Below, in pieces: positions 25,524 to 33,644 of a stretch of 64,000 bases of DNA (the first letter of the stretch is position 1; the number at the start of each line of letters is the position of its first letter). The notes under the pieces are model-generated. The model was not told the origin of the DNA. It was given only the letters and a program-made list of their open reading frames with translations, and did no database searches. The DNA comes from Candidatus Limnocylindrus sp. (GTDB taxonomy: Bacteria; Chloroflexota; Limnocylindria; Limnocylindrales; Limnocylindraceae): assembly GCA_040397175.1 (NCBI GenBank), contig JBBAWM010000004.1, forward strand, positions 45,673-109,672, read 5' to 3'. The position numbers were made by a program, and so were the translations under genes.

Positions 25524-28448
25524 ATGGCGGGCTTGGTAGACGCTGCAAGGGCAGCAACAAAGGCAACAATCGAGAAGTCAACGGCGCAGCCGTTGCCACC
25601 GTTGAGCTTTGATGGCAAGGGCGCCAAGGGCCTCGCCTGGGATCGACGTTGGACTACCGCCGGCGTTCACCCATACGACGAAATTCAGTGGGAGACCCGC
25701 ACCGCATCTATTGGCAACGAGAGCGGTAAGAGCGTCTTCGAGCAGAAGGACGTTGAGGTGCCCGCCTCATGGTCACAGCTCGCCACGAACGTCGTGGTGT
25801 CGAAGTACTTCCGTGGACATGTTGGTAGCCCAGAGCGCGAGACGAGCGTTCGCCAGCTGATCGGTCGTGTAGCCGGTCAGATTGATGCGTGGGCTGAGCA
25901 GCAGCACTACTTCAAGTCCGATGAGGACCGCGCCGCCTTCATTGCCGAGCTGACCCACCTGCTCGTCAACCAGAAGATGGCCTTCAACTCACCAGTCTGG
26001 TTCAACGTTGGCGTTGAGAAGCGCCCACAGTGCTCGGCCTGCTTCATCAATGGTGTGCAGGACTCCATGTCTTCGATCATGGATCTCGCGAAGACCGAGG
26101 CGATGCTCTTCAAGTTCGGTTCGGGTGCAGGCTCCAACCTCTCCCCGATCCGCAGCGCCAAGGAGAAGATGAGCGGTGGCGGCACCGCCTCCGGCCCTGT
26201 CTCGTTCATGAAGGGCTTTGACGCCTTCGCGGGTGTCGTGAAGTCCGGTGGCAAGACGCGCCGCGCGGCCAAGATGGTGATCCTTGATGTGCAGCACCCT
26301 GACATCGAGCAGTTCATCGACTCAAAGGTCAGCGAAGAGAAGAAGGCCTGGGCCCTCATCGAGGCTGGCTACGATGCCAGCTTCACCGGTGAAGCCTACG
26401 GCTCGATCTTCTTCCAGAACGGGAACCACTCGGTGCGCGTGAACGACGAGTTCATGCAGGCAGTCGAGAACGATGGCACGTGGCAGACACGCGCCGTTGT
26501 TGGCGGCGAGCCCGTCGAGACGCTTAAGGCACGCGAAGTCTTCCGCAAGATGGCGGAGGCTGCGTGGGTCTGCGGCGACCCTGGCATTCAGTACGACACG
26601 GCGATCAATGACTGGCACACGTCGTCGAACACGGACCGCATCTATGCGTCGAACCCGTGCTCGGAGTACATGTTCCTCAACGACACCGCCTGCAACCTGG
26701 CCTCGCTGAACCTCATGAAGTTCGTGCGACCAGACGGTGAGTTCGACGTGGAGTCCTTCAAGTACGCCTCGCGGCTGACCCTGCTCGCGCAGGAGATCCT
26801 CGTGGACAACTCGTCGTACCCAACGCCGATGATCGATGAGAACAGCCACCGCTTCCGCCCACTCGGGCTCGGTTACGCCAACCTCGGCGCGCTCTTGATG
26901 AGCCGCGGCTTGGCGTACGACTCCGACGAGGGCCGCGCCTACGCGGGCGCGATCACCTCGATCATGACCGGCGAGGCGTATGTGCAGTCAGCTGAGACGG
27001 CGGCGGCACACGGCGGACCGTTCCTTGAGTACAAGAAGAACGAGAAGCCATTCCTTCGCGTAATTGGCAAGCACCGTGACGCCTCGCGACAGATCCCAAC
27101 CGCAACGCTGCCGAAGGACCTGGCGAAGGCGGCAACCGATGCCTGGGATCGAGCACTCGATCTCGGCACGAAGCACGGCTTCCGCAACGCGCAAGTCTCG
27201 GTGTTGGCGCCAACCGGAACGATCGCGTTCATGATGGACTGCGACACGACCGGCATTGAGCCGGACATCGCCCTGATCAAGTACAAGAAGCTCGTCGGCG
27301 AAGGCTTCCTCAAGATCGTCAACCAGACGGTTCCAGAGGCGCTCGTCAAGCTCGGCTACAACGCTGAGCAGGTCGCCGCGATCCTCAAGTACATCGATGA
27401 GCAGGAGACGATCGAGGGTGCTCCAGGCCTTAAGGACGAGCACCTCTCCGTCTTCGACTGCGCATTCAAGGCGAAGAACGGCCAGCGCTCCATCCAGTAC
27501 ATGGGCCACGTGCGCATGATGGCGGCGGCGCAGCCGTTCCTCTCCGGCGCAATCTCCAAGACGGTGAACATGCCAGAGGCTGCCACCGCCGAAGAGATTG
27601 AGAGCGTCTATCTGCAGGGCTGGAAGCTTGGCCTCAAGGCGATCGCGATCTATCGCGACGGCTCGAAGCGCTCGCAGCCGCTCAACACCAGCAAGAAGAA
27701 GGACGAAGCGGCAATCGCCGAAGTCGCCTCTGCGATCTTGCCTGGTGCCGGTGCAGCGCGACGACGCCTGCCAAAGGAGCGCACGGCCATCACCCATCGC
27801 TTCGAGATCTCCGGCCAGGAGGGATACCTCACGGTCGGTCTCTACGAAGATGGCCAGCCGGGTGAGATCTTCTTGAAGATGGCGAAGGAGGGCTCCACGG
27901 TGAGCGGCCTCGTCGACAGCTTCGCGACCTCCGTCAGCGTGGCACTGCAGTACGGCGTGCCACTCCGTGACCTGGTCAACAAGTTCGCCCACGTGCGATT
28001 CGAGCCAAGCGGATTCACCGGCAATGCCGAGATCCCACTGGCCAAGTCGATCGTGGACTACGTCTTCCGTTACCTCGGAAGCCGCTTCCTGCCAGCCGGC
28101 GATCGCGAGATCCTCGGACTGCAGGAGCGCACCGATGGTGGTCCGGTCCTCGGCGCCCTCCCATCCACGGTTCGCGTGGGTGCGGTGGAGTCGTGCGGAC
28201 CGAACTGCACCTGCGGCAAGGGCGGCAGCGCATCGGGGTCGGTCTCGGCTCCCGTAGCGATCACCACCCCGGCGCCAGTCGCTGCTCCAGCCGCACCTGC
28301 GGCAACGGGAAGCGTGTTGGCCGTCGCTGGGCTCGGCTTCCAGAACCATTCCGATGCACCGGCGTGCATGGAGTGCGGCGCGATCATGGTGCGCAATGCA
28401 GCCTGCTACAAGTGCATGACCTGCGGCACCACGAGCGGTTGCAGCTGA
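25524..28448 (+). CDS. nrdJ: Vitamin B12-dependent (class II) ribonucleotide reductase with a fused C-terminal TSCPD/NrdJb-like domain
   Basis: FNSPVWFN, QCSACFI, SNPCSE, ACNLASLN, APTGTI and YRDGSK motifs; C-terminal C..C..C..CG.TSGCS; SD before ATG 25524. Confidence 0.95.
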   Translation: MAGLVDAARAATKATIEKSTAQPLPPLSFDGKGAKGLAWDRRWTTAGVHPYDEIQWETRTASIGNESGKSVFEQKDVEVPASWSQLATNVVVSKYFRGHVGSPERETSVRQLIGRVAGQIDAWAEQQHYFKSDEDRAAFIAELTHLLVNQKMAFNSPVWFNVGVEKRPQCSACFINGVQDSMSSIMDLAKTEAMLFKFGSGAGSNLSPIRSAKEKMSGGGTASGPVSFMKGFDAFAGVVKSGGKTRRAAKMVILDVQHPDIEQFIDSKVSEEKKAWALIEAGYDASFTGEAYGSIFFQNGNHSVRVNDEFMQAVENDGTWQTRAVVGGEPVETLKAREVFRKMAEAAWVCGDPGIQYDTAINDWHTSSNTDRIYASNPCSEYMFLNDTACNLASLNLMKFVRPDGEFDVESFKYASRLTLLAQEILVDNSSYPTPMIDENSHRFRPLGLGYANLGALLMSRGLAYDSDEGRAYAGAITSIMTGEAYVQSAETAAAHGGPFLEYKKNEKPFLRVIGKHRDASRQIPTATLPKDLAKAATDAWDRALDLGTKHGFRNAQVSVLAPTGTIAFMMDCDTTGIEPDIALIKYKKLVGEGFLKIVNQTVPEALVKLGYNAEQVAAILKYIDEQETIEGAPGLKDEHLSVFDCAFKAKNGQRSIQYMGHVRMMAAAQPFLSGAISKTVNMPEAATAEEIESVYLQGWKLGLKAIAIYRDGSKRSQPLNTSKKKDEAAIAEVASAILPGAGAARRRLPKERTAITHRFEISGQEGYLTVGLYEDGQPGEIFLKMAKEGSTVSGLVDSFATSVSVALQYGVPLRDLVNKFAHVRFEPSGFTGNAEIPLAKSIVDYVFRYLGSRFLPAGDREILGLQERTDGGPVLGALPSTVRVGAVESCGPNCTCGKGGSASGSVSAPVAITTPAPVAAPAAPAATGSVLAVAGLGFQNHSDAPACMECGAIMVRNAACYKCMTCGTTSGCS

Positions 28449-28470
28449 TCTAGCGAGGAACCTCGTTCAA

Positions 28471-28503
28471 AACGCCCCGGTCGCCTCTGGCGGCTGGGGC
28501 GTT
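28471..28503. terminator. GC-rich hairpin after nrdJ (probable terminator)
   Basis: AACGCCCCGGTCGCC-TCT-GGCGGCTGGGGCGTT; the U-tract is weak. Confidence 0.6.
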
Positions 28504-28534
28504 CTGCTACAACTGACCAAAGAGGAGGCGACCG

Positions 28535-30073
28535 ATGCGCACAGTTCATGGGAGCCACGCTCGGATCTCGATTGCCGCGCTCCTCGTCGTCGTCCTCGCG
28601 ACTGGTGCCTGCAGCGCGTTGACCACCGCGTCGCCAAGCCCAACCGCCAGCTTTAGTCCAACCGGCACGATCGACTGGCAGAGTTGCCCGGTGAGCGACC
28701 CCGTCACCGGCGGAAACCCCGAACTCCTCTGCGCCACGATCACCGTGCCGCGCGACTACCTCACCCCCGATGGGCCAACGATTGACCTCGCTCTCGCCCT
28801 CCTCCCCGCCGCCGACCAGGCACATAAGGTGGGCCCGCTCCTCTTGAACTTCGGTGGCCCAGGCGCCTCCGGCGTCAACACGCTCGCTGGATCAGGTCGC
28901 GGCATTGTCCCCGCCGAGATCGGTAATCGCTTTGACCTCGTGACCTGGGATCCGCGCGGCGCTGGTAGAAGCGTGCCGGTTGACTGCCTGAGCGACGCCG
29001 AGATGGATACGTGGGCGGCGGCGCCGGGGATTCCCAATCGACCTGCGGCGAGCGATTGGGTGTCGGCACTCAACAATGCGAAGTGGTTCGCCGACAAGTG
29101 CAAGGCGGGCACGGGCGACATGCTGGCCTACATCGGCACCACCGCATCAGCGCGCGATATGGAGAGCATTCGTATCGGCCTCGGCGTCGACACGCTGGAT
29201 TATCTTGGCTTCAGTTACGGCACCGCGCTCGGCGCGGTCTATGCAACCCTCTTCCCCACTTCAACCGGCCACATGATTCTTGACGGCGCCGTCGACATGG
29301 CACCGACCGACGATTCCCAATACGGCGAGCAGGGTGTCTCCCTGCAGGGCGCGCTCAATCGACTCTTTGCCTGGTGCGACGCTGACGCCGCGTGCCCATT
29401 CGGTGGCGGCTCGTCGCGCGCCGCGTTCGACACGCTCATGAACAAGCTCGATGCTCGACCGATTCCGCTCCAGGATGGGCGATCGCTGAATTCGACACTG
29501 GCGTGGACGGGTGTGGTCTTGGCGCTCTATAACCGCGACTACTGGGATTACGCCGTGCAGGGCCTGGCAGCGGCAAAAACGGGCGACGGCAGCCTCTTGG
29601 CGCAATTGGCCGACGCGTACCTGGAGCGCAGTGAAGATGGCACCTACAGCTCCAACCTGATGGAGGCCTTCCCTGCGATTAGCTGCATTGATGCGCCGAC
29701 AACGCCATCGATCTCGCGCTATCAGGCGATCTACGAGCGATTCGTCAGCAAGGCCCCGGACTTTGCGGCGGGCCAGGCGTCGAGCGGACTCCTCTGCGGT
29801 GTGTGGCCGTACAAGAGTGCTGACCCACTCCCTGCACTCGTCAATGGCGCGGGCGCCGCGCCGATCCTGGTCGTTGGCACAACGGGCGACCCAGCAACGC
29901 CGTACGCCTGGGCGCAACGCATGGCTCACCTGTTGGAGAGCGGTCACCTGTTGACCTATGTCGGCGAGGGGCATACCGGCGTGGGCGGCAAGAGCGCCTG
30001 CATTGATGATGCCGCCATCACCTTCTTGGTGAGTGGCACCCTTCCGCCCGAGGGCACGCGTTGCAATGACTGA
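28535..30073 (+). CDS. Lipoprotein alpha/beta hydrolase, tripeptidyl-aminopeptidase (TAP/Hip1)-like
   Basis: Lipobox-like LATGAC, N.GGPG.SG, DPRG.G.S, nucleophile GFSYG, DPATPY and GEGH. Confidence 0.88.
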   Translation: MRTVHGSHARISIAALLVVVLATGACSALTTASPSPTASFSPTGTIDWQSCPVSDPVTGGNPELLCATITVPRDYLTPDGPTIDLALALLPAADQAHKVGPLLLNFGGPGASGVNTLAGSGRGIVPAEIGNRFDLVTWDPRGAGRSVPVDCLSDAEMDTWAAAPGIPNRPAASDWVSALNNAKWFADKCKAGTGDMLAYIGTTASARDMESIRIGLGVDTLDYLGFSYGTALGAVYATLFPTSTGHMILDGAVDMAPTDDSQYGEQGVSLQGALNRLFAWCDADAACPFGGGSSRAAFDTLMNKLDARPIPLQDGRSLNSTLAWTGVVLALYNRDYWDYAVQGLAAAKTGDGSLLAQLADAYLERSEDGTYSSNLMEAFPAISCIDAPTTPSISRYQAIYERFVSKAPDFAAGQASSGLLCGVWPYKSADPLPALVNGAGAAPILVVGTTGDPATPYAWAQRMAHLLESGHLLTYVGEGHTGVGGKSACIDDAAITFLVSGTLPPEGTRCND

Positions 30074-30665
30074 ACGCCTCGTCGTCGGGGTCTACGGTTC
30101 GGCGCGACTCCCTGAGAGTGATCCACGGTGGGTTGCCGCGTTCGGCATCGGCGCCGCCCTCGCCGAGGCTGGGCTCACGGTTGCCACCGGCGGCTATGAA
30201 GGAATCATGGGCGCCGTCTCCCGCGGGGCGAGGTCGGCGGGTGGTGAGGTGCTCGGATACACCGTGACCTCATGGGATGGCCTCCAGGCGAACGAGGCGG
30301 TGACGCAGCGAATCGATTCTACCGACCTCTTCGAACGGCTGCGCCGCTTCTCGGAGGCGGATCTACTGATCGGCCTCGATGGCGGGATCGGCACGCTGGC
30401 CGAGGTTTCGGTTGCATGGAACCTGCTGCAGGTGAGTGATGCCCGACCACTCCTGCTGGTTGGCGATGCCTGGGTAGAGCTGGTAGACCTCGTCCGACGA
30501 CGCCTGGTCGTTGGCCCAGCCGACCTCAACATCGTGCGCGTTCTGCCGAGCGGTACCCCCGCCAGCATGGTCCTGGCAGAGGCCCGCCTCCTTATCGGTG
30601 CACGACTTGGCGTCGGGGCGCCGTGGGAGGCATCCCACATCGCACCCTCCCCCACGGAGCGGTAG
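30066..30665 (+). CDS. LOG-family Rossmann-fold nucleotide-binding protein
   Basis: V.VYGSA, TGGY.G.M.AVSRGA and GGIGTL.E motifs. Confidence 0.85.
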   Translation: MTERLVVGVYGSARLPESDPRWVAAFGIGAALAEAGLTVATGGYEGIMGAVSRGARSAGGEVLGYTVTSWDGLQANEAVTQRIDSTDLFERLRRFSEADLLIGLDGGIGTLAEVSVAWNLLQVSDARPLLLVGDAWVELVDLVRRRLVVGPADLNIVRVLPSGTPASMVLAEARLLIGARLGVGAPWEASHIAPSPTER

Positions 30666-30675
30666 GATCCTTCAG

Positions 30676-30870
30676 ATGTTGAACCAGCCACCCCACCTCC
30701 CGACGAGTGACGAGAGCGCCCCAGCGGCCGTTGCGCCGGCACCGTCGAACGAGTTCGATCCTGGCCTAGTGATGACCTGCTGCGCTAATTGCGGGAAGCA
30801 GATGATTGATCGCAAGTGCAAGATGATCTGCGAGTGCGGCTACTTCCTCTCCTGCTCGGACTACTACTGA
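30676..30870 (+). CDS. Small Cys-rich zinc-finger protein (64 aa)
   Basis: CANCG-x6-CK-x2-C-x-CG-x4-CSD; fills the gap between the LOG gene and thyX. Confidence 0.75.
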   Translation: MLNQPPHLPTSDESAPAAVAPAPSNEFDPGLVMTCCANCGKQMIDRKCKMICECGYFLSCSDYY

Positions 30871-30871
30871 G

Positions 30872-31717
30872 ATGAGCGAGACGAAGAAGACGGGGATCCC
30901 GAAAAACCCTGGTCGACACGAGCTCGGGATGAAGGCAACGATGCTCTTCCCGAACCGTGAGATCGTCGAGCGCTCCTATGTGCCGATCATCTATACGGCG
31001 TGCCGCACCTGCTACTCCGAACTGCCTCCAGAGGAGATCTACCGCCGCGCCGAAGCGGGCGAGATTGATCCAGCAAAGCAGCGCGAACTAGTGAGTCGCG
31101 TCATTGAGTCGGGGCATGGCAGCACGATTGAACACATCGTTTTTACCTTTGCCATCACGGGCGTCACCCGAACGCTCAGTCACCAGCTCGTGCGCCACCG
31201 CGCTGGCGTGGCGTTCGACCAGCAGTCGCAGCGCTACGTGACCTTCAAGAAGGCGGCAACGATGCTCCCGGGATCGGTCGCCGAGGCCGACGAGACGGTG
31301 CGTGCCCGATTCGAGGAGGCAACCCAGGGTGCGCTGGGCCTCTACGGCGACCTCGTGGCGGCGGGGATCCCCGCCGAGGATGCGCGATTCGTCTTCCCGA
31401 ATGCGACGCGCACCAACCTCATCATGACGGTCAACCTGCGCGCGCTCATCCACATGTCGGGCTTGCGTCTCTGCACCATGGCGCAGTGGGAGATTCGTCG
31501 CCTCTTCCAGCTCATCCGCCACGAGGTATTTGCGGTGAGCCCATTCCTGGGCAGTTTCCTGGCACCGAAGTGCGTGCCGCTCGGCTACTGCGATGAGGCG
31601 GGCAATAAAGATGGGCACTGCCCAATTCGACCGCATAAAGATGAGGTCCTTGGGGCATGGGCAAAGCAGGCCGCCGACGCGAAGGCGAAGGGTCGCGCGC
31701 TTCCGATCGCCGAATAA
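30872..31717 (+). CDS. thyX: FAD-dependent thymidylate synthase
   Basis: GH.S..EH, HQLVRHR-x7-SQRY, EDARFV.P and AQWEIR motifs. Confidence 0.93.
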   Translation: MSETKKTGIPKNPGRHELGMKATMLFPNREIVERSYVPIIYTACRTCYSELPPEEIYRRAEAGEIDPAKQRELVSRVIESGHGSTIEHIVFTFAITGVTRTLSHQLVRHRAGVAFDQQSQRYVTFKKAATMLPGSVAEADETVRARFEEATQGALGLYGDLVAAGIPAEDARFVFPNATRTNLIMTVNLRALIHMSGLRLCTMAQWEIRRLFQLIRHEVFAVSPFLGSFLAPKCVPLGYCDEAGNKDGHCPIRPHKDEVLGAWAKQAADAKAKGRALPIAE

Positions 31718-31762
31718 CCCGCACCCCCATCACACATCTCCTAAATGGGAGAGGATGGGGCA

Positions 31763-33253
31763 ATGAAGCGCGCCAGCACCTCGCGGAACCCCACAAAGCC
31801 TTCACCCGTACGTGCGGCGCTCTTCACCGCCATATTCCCTGGACTTGGCCACCTCGCCCGTGGTGATCGTCGCCACGCTGCACTCTTTGTCGCGCCAGTC
31901 CTGACCCTCGTTGGCGCGGCGCTCATCGTGCTACTCCTCGGTGGAACGACACAGGTGTTAATCATCCTCCTGACCCCGGGCGCGCTCCTCCTGCTGGGAG
32001 TGCTCAATCTCCTGATCGCGACATGGAGGCTCGGTGCCCTCCTGCACCTACTCAGTGGCGCTCGCCTGCCCCATCGTGATCGTGTCGTGGTTACCGCCGC
32101 GGCGTTACTGCTCATCGTCACGCCCCACCTCACCGTCGGACGCTCACTTTTCGCCTTCGATGCCCTGCTCAACGAAACGTTTGCGACCTCATCGCCGACC
32201 CCATGGGCGAGCACCAACTCCAGCGCAACCAATACAGATAACCCCGCACCGAATGGGTCACCCGTCGTAAGCCCTGGGGCGTCGATAGGACATGGCAGCG
32301 GCATTGGCACCCTCCCCTCCCTCAATGTGACGACACCATGGACGCGACCGGGAGAGATCCCCTGGGGCGACGACGGCAAGTTTGATCTTCTGCTGCTTGG
32401 CTCCGATGCTGGCATCGATCGTTGGAGCCGCCGCATGGATGTGATGATGCTCGTAGAGGTCGACGTCGCGACCGGACGTGTTGCCATGTTTGGCTTCCCG
32501 CGCAATATGGTGAATGTCCCGCTCCCCCCAGGCGCGGCGCGAAACGCCAGTCCATGTGGATGCTTCCAGAAGCTGCTCAACGAGGTCTACACGGATGCCA
32601 CGTTCTACTACCCAGAGCTCTGGCCGGGTGAGGGAAGCGTGTCAGGGATCGCGGCAGTACGCGCGACAATCTCCGAACTCACGCAGCGTCCGATTGATTC
32701 CGTTCTGGTTGCCGACCTCTGGGGGGTCATCAAGGTAGTTGATGCCATGGGAGGAGTCGAGATGAACGTCACCGAACCGGTGTACGACAAGAACTACCCG
32801 GATCCAATCCTCGGCTCGATTCTGCTGAAAATCGACGCCGGTCAGCAACGGTTCGATGGGAGACTCGCCCTTGCCTACGCTCGGAGTCGACATCAAGACT
32901 CAGACTACGGGCGCATGCAACGGCAGCAGGCGCTCCTGCTCGCGATACGCGATCAACTGGGAGCGGGAGTGATCCTCAATGCCCCTGCCCTTGCGACGGC
33001 TGCAAAGGGGTATGTGTGGACAGATCTACCTCGGGCATCGCTGCCGAACCTGGTCGACCTCTTCTCCCGAGCCGGAAACGCTCCGGTTCGCCTAGTTCGA
33101 TTCGCACCGAACTCATTCCCGGCGTATCAGAGCCCGGCTTCGATCGCCAAGATTCGGCGGATCATAGCTGGTGCATTTCCTGAAATCAGCTTGCCGTCGC
33201 CAAGCACCGTCGCGACACCACCGCCGAGCGCGCCAGAGAACACGAGTCCATAG
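31763..33253 (+). CDS. LCP (LytR-CpsA-Psr) family protein with N-terminal TM segments
   Basis: LLLGSD, R.DVMM, PR, DAMGGV and AL.YARSRH.DSDYGRMQRQQ motifs. Confidence 0.88.
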   Translation: MKRASTSRNPTKPSPVRAALFTAIFPGLGHLARGDRRHAALFVAPVLTLVGAALIVLLLGGTTQVLIILLTPGALLLLGVLNLLIATWRLGALLHLLSGARLPHRDRVVVTAAALLLIVTPHLTVGRSLFAFDALLNETFATSSPTPWASTNSSATNTDNPAPNGSPVVSPGASIGHGSGIGTLPSLNVTTPWTRPGEIPWGDDGKFDLLLLGSDAGIDRWSRRMDVMMLVEVDVATGRVAMFGFPRNMVNVPLPPGAARNASPCGCFQKLLNEVYTDATFYYPELWPGEGSVSGIAAVRATISELTQRPIDSVLVADLWGVIKVVDAMGGVEMNVTEPVYDKNYPDPILGSILLKIDAGQQRFDGRLALAYARSRHQDSDYGRMQRQQALLLAIRDQLGAGVILNAPALATAAKGYVWTDLPRASLPNLVDLFSRAGNAPVRLVRFAPNSFPAYQSPASIAKIRRIIAGAFPEISLPSPSTVATPPPSAPENTSP

Positions 33254-33275
33254 GGGGAAAGAGTTCGCCCGAGAG

Positions 33276-33543
33276 GCCATCCGATGGTGGGGGCGACGCT
33301 TGCACGCCGGTTCCCCTCCGCTGTGAGATCGGATCGAGTCGCTCCAGCCGTAAAGCCGAGCTCCCAGGTGACCCTCCGCTCCGCCGCTGCGAGTTGCCCC
33401 GCGCTTTGGTGGTCATTCACCAGCACCGTCAGTTGCCTGCCGGTTCGATCCCGTCATCGCCACAGTTCGTGCCGCCTGGCCGATTGCTCGGTCGGCGGGT
33501 TCACCGCTGGCCCCTTCGGGCTACGAGAAGCATCGCGGTAGGC
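33276..33543 (-). ncRNA. Candidate stand-alone structured ncRNA of unknown family (~270 nt)
   Basis: Lies between convergent genes with a -10 TATAGT at 33554-33549. It has four GCAA-capped hairpins, a long-range helix and complementary ends. Confidence 0.65.
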
Positions 33544-33595
33544 GCACCACTATAGAAGGCACTTATCAACGAAGTAGCGTCAAGCGCTGCGAGAG

Positions 33596-33636
33596 TTTTC
33601 CACGGATCTGGCCCGCGTGGCGCTGGTTGTGGAAAA
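33596..33636. promoter_or_regulatory. Inverted repeat TTTTCCAC...GTGGAAAA (DnaA-box-like pair or acs 3' hairpin)
   Basis: TGTGGAAAA (33628-33636) reads TTTTCCACA on the minus strand; TTTTCCACG lies at 33596-33604. Confidence 0.45.
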
Positions 33637-33644
33637 GTGCGCGG

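Noticed and set aside
26988-28349. Long antisense or alternative-frame ORFs (also 36944-38374, 43370-44494, 17390-18286 and 59820-60860)
   Set aside because: These are shadow ORFs opposite well-supported genes, caused by high GC3; they carry no recognisable motifs.
25524-28448. Intein or intron in nrdJ
   Set aside because: The 974-aa protein is continuous through the catalytic motifs, with no splice-junction or homing-endonuclease signature seen.
33436-33465. Plus-strand T-loop-like GGTTCGATCCC suggesting a tRNA or tmRNA end
   Set aside because: The T-stem has a mismatch and no acceptor or anticodon arm forms. It is explained as the complement of a minus-strand helix.
33276-33546. Known identity for the structured RNA (tmRNA, RNase P, SRP, 6S, group I/II intron, cobalamin riboswitch), prompted by a 5' GTGCGCC, a GCGGG-GCAA-CTCGC hairpin and a 3' CCACCA
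   Set aside because: There is no GAGGAAAGUCC, no SRP helix-8 motif, and no tag ORF or alanine acceptor stem. The lower stem and AGC triad of group II domain V do not form, there is no group I P7 partner, and it is not upstream of any gene.
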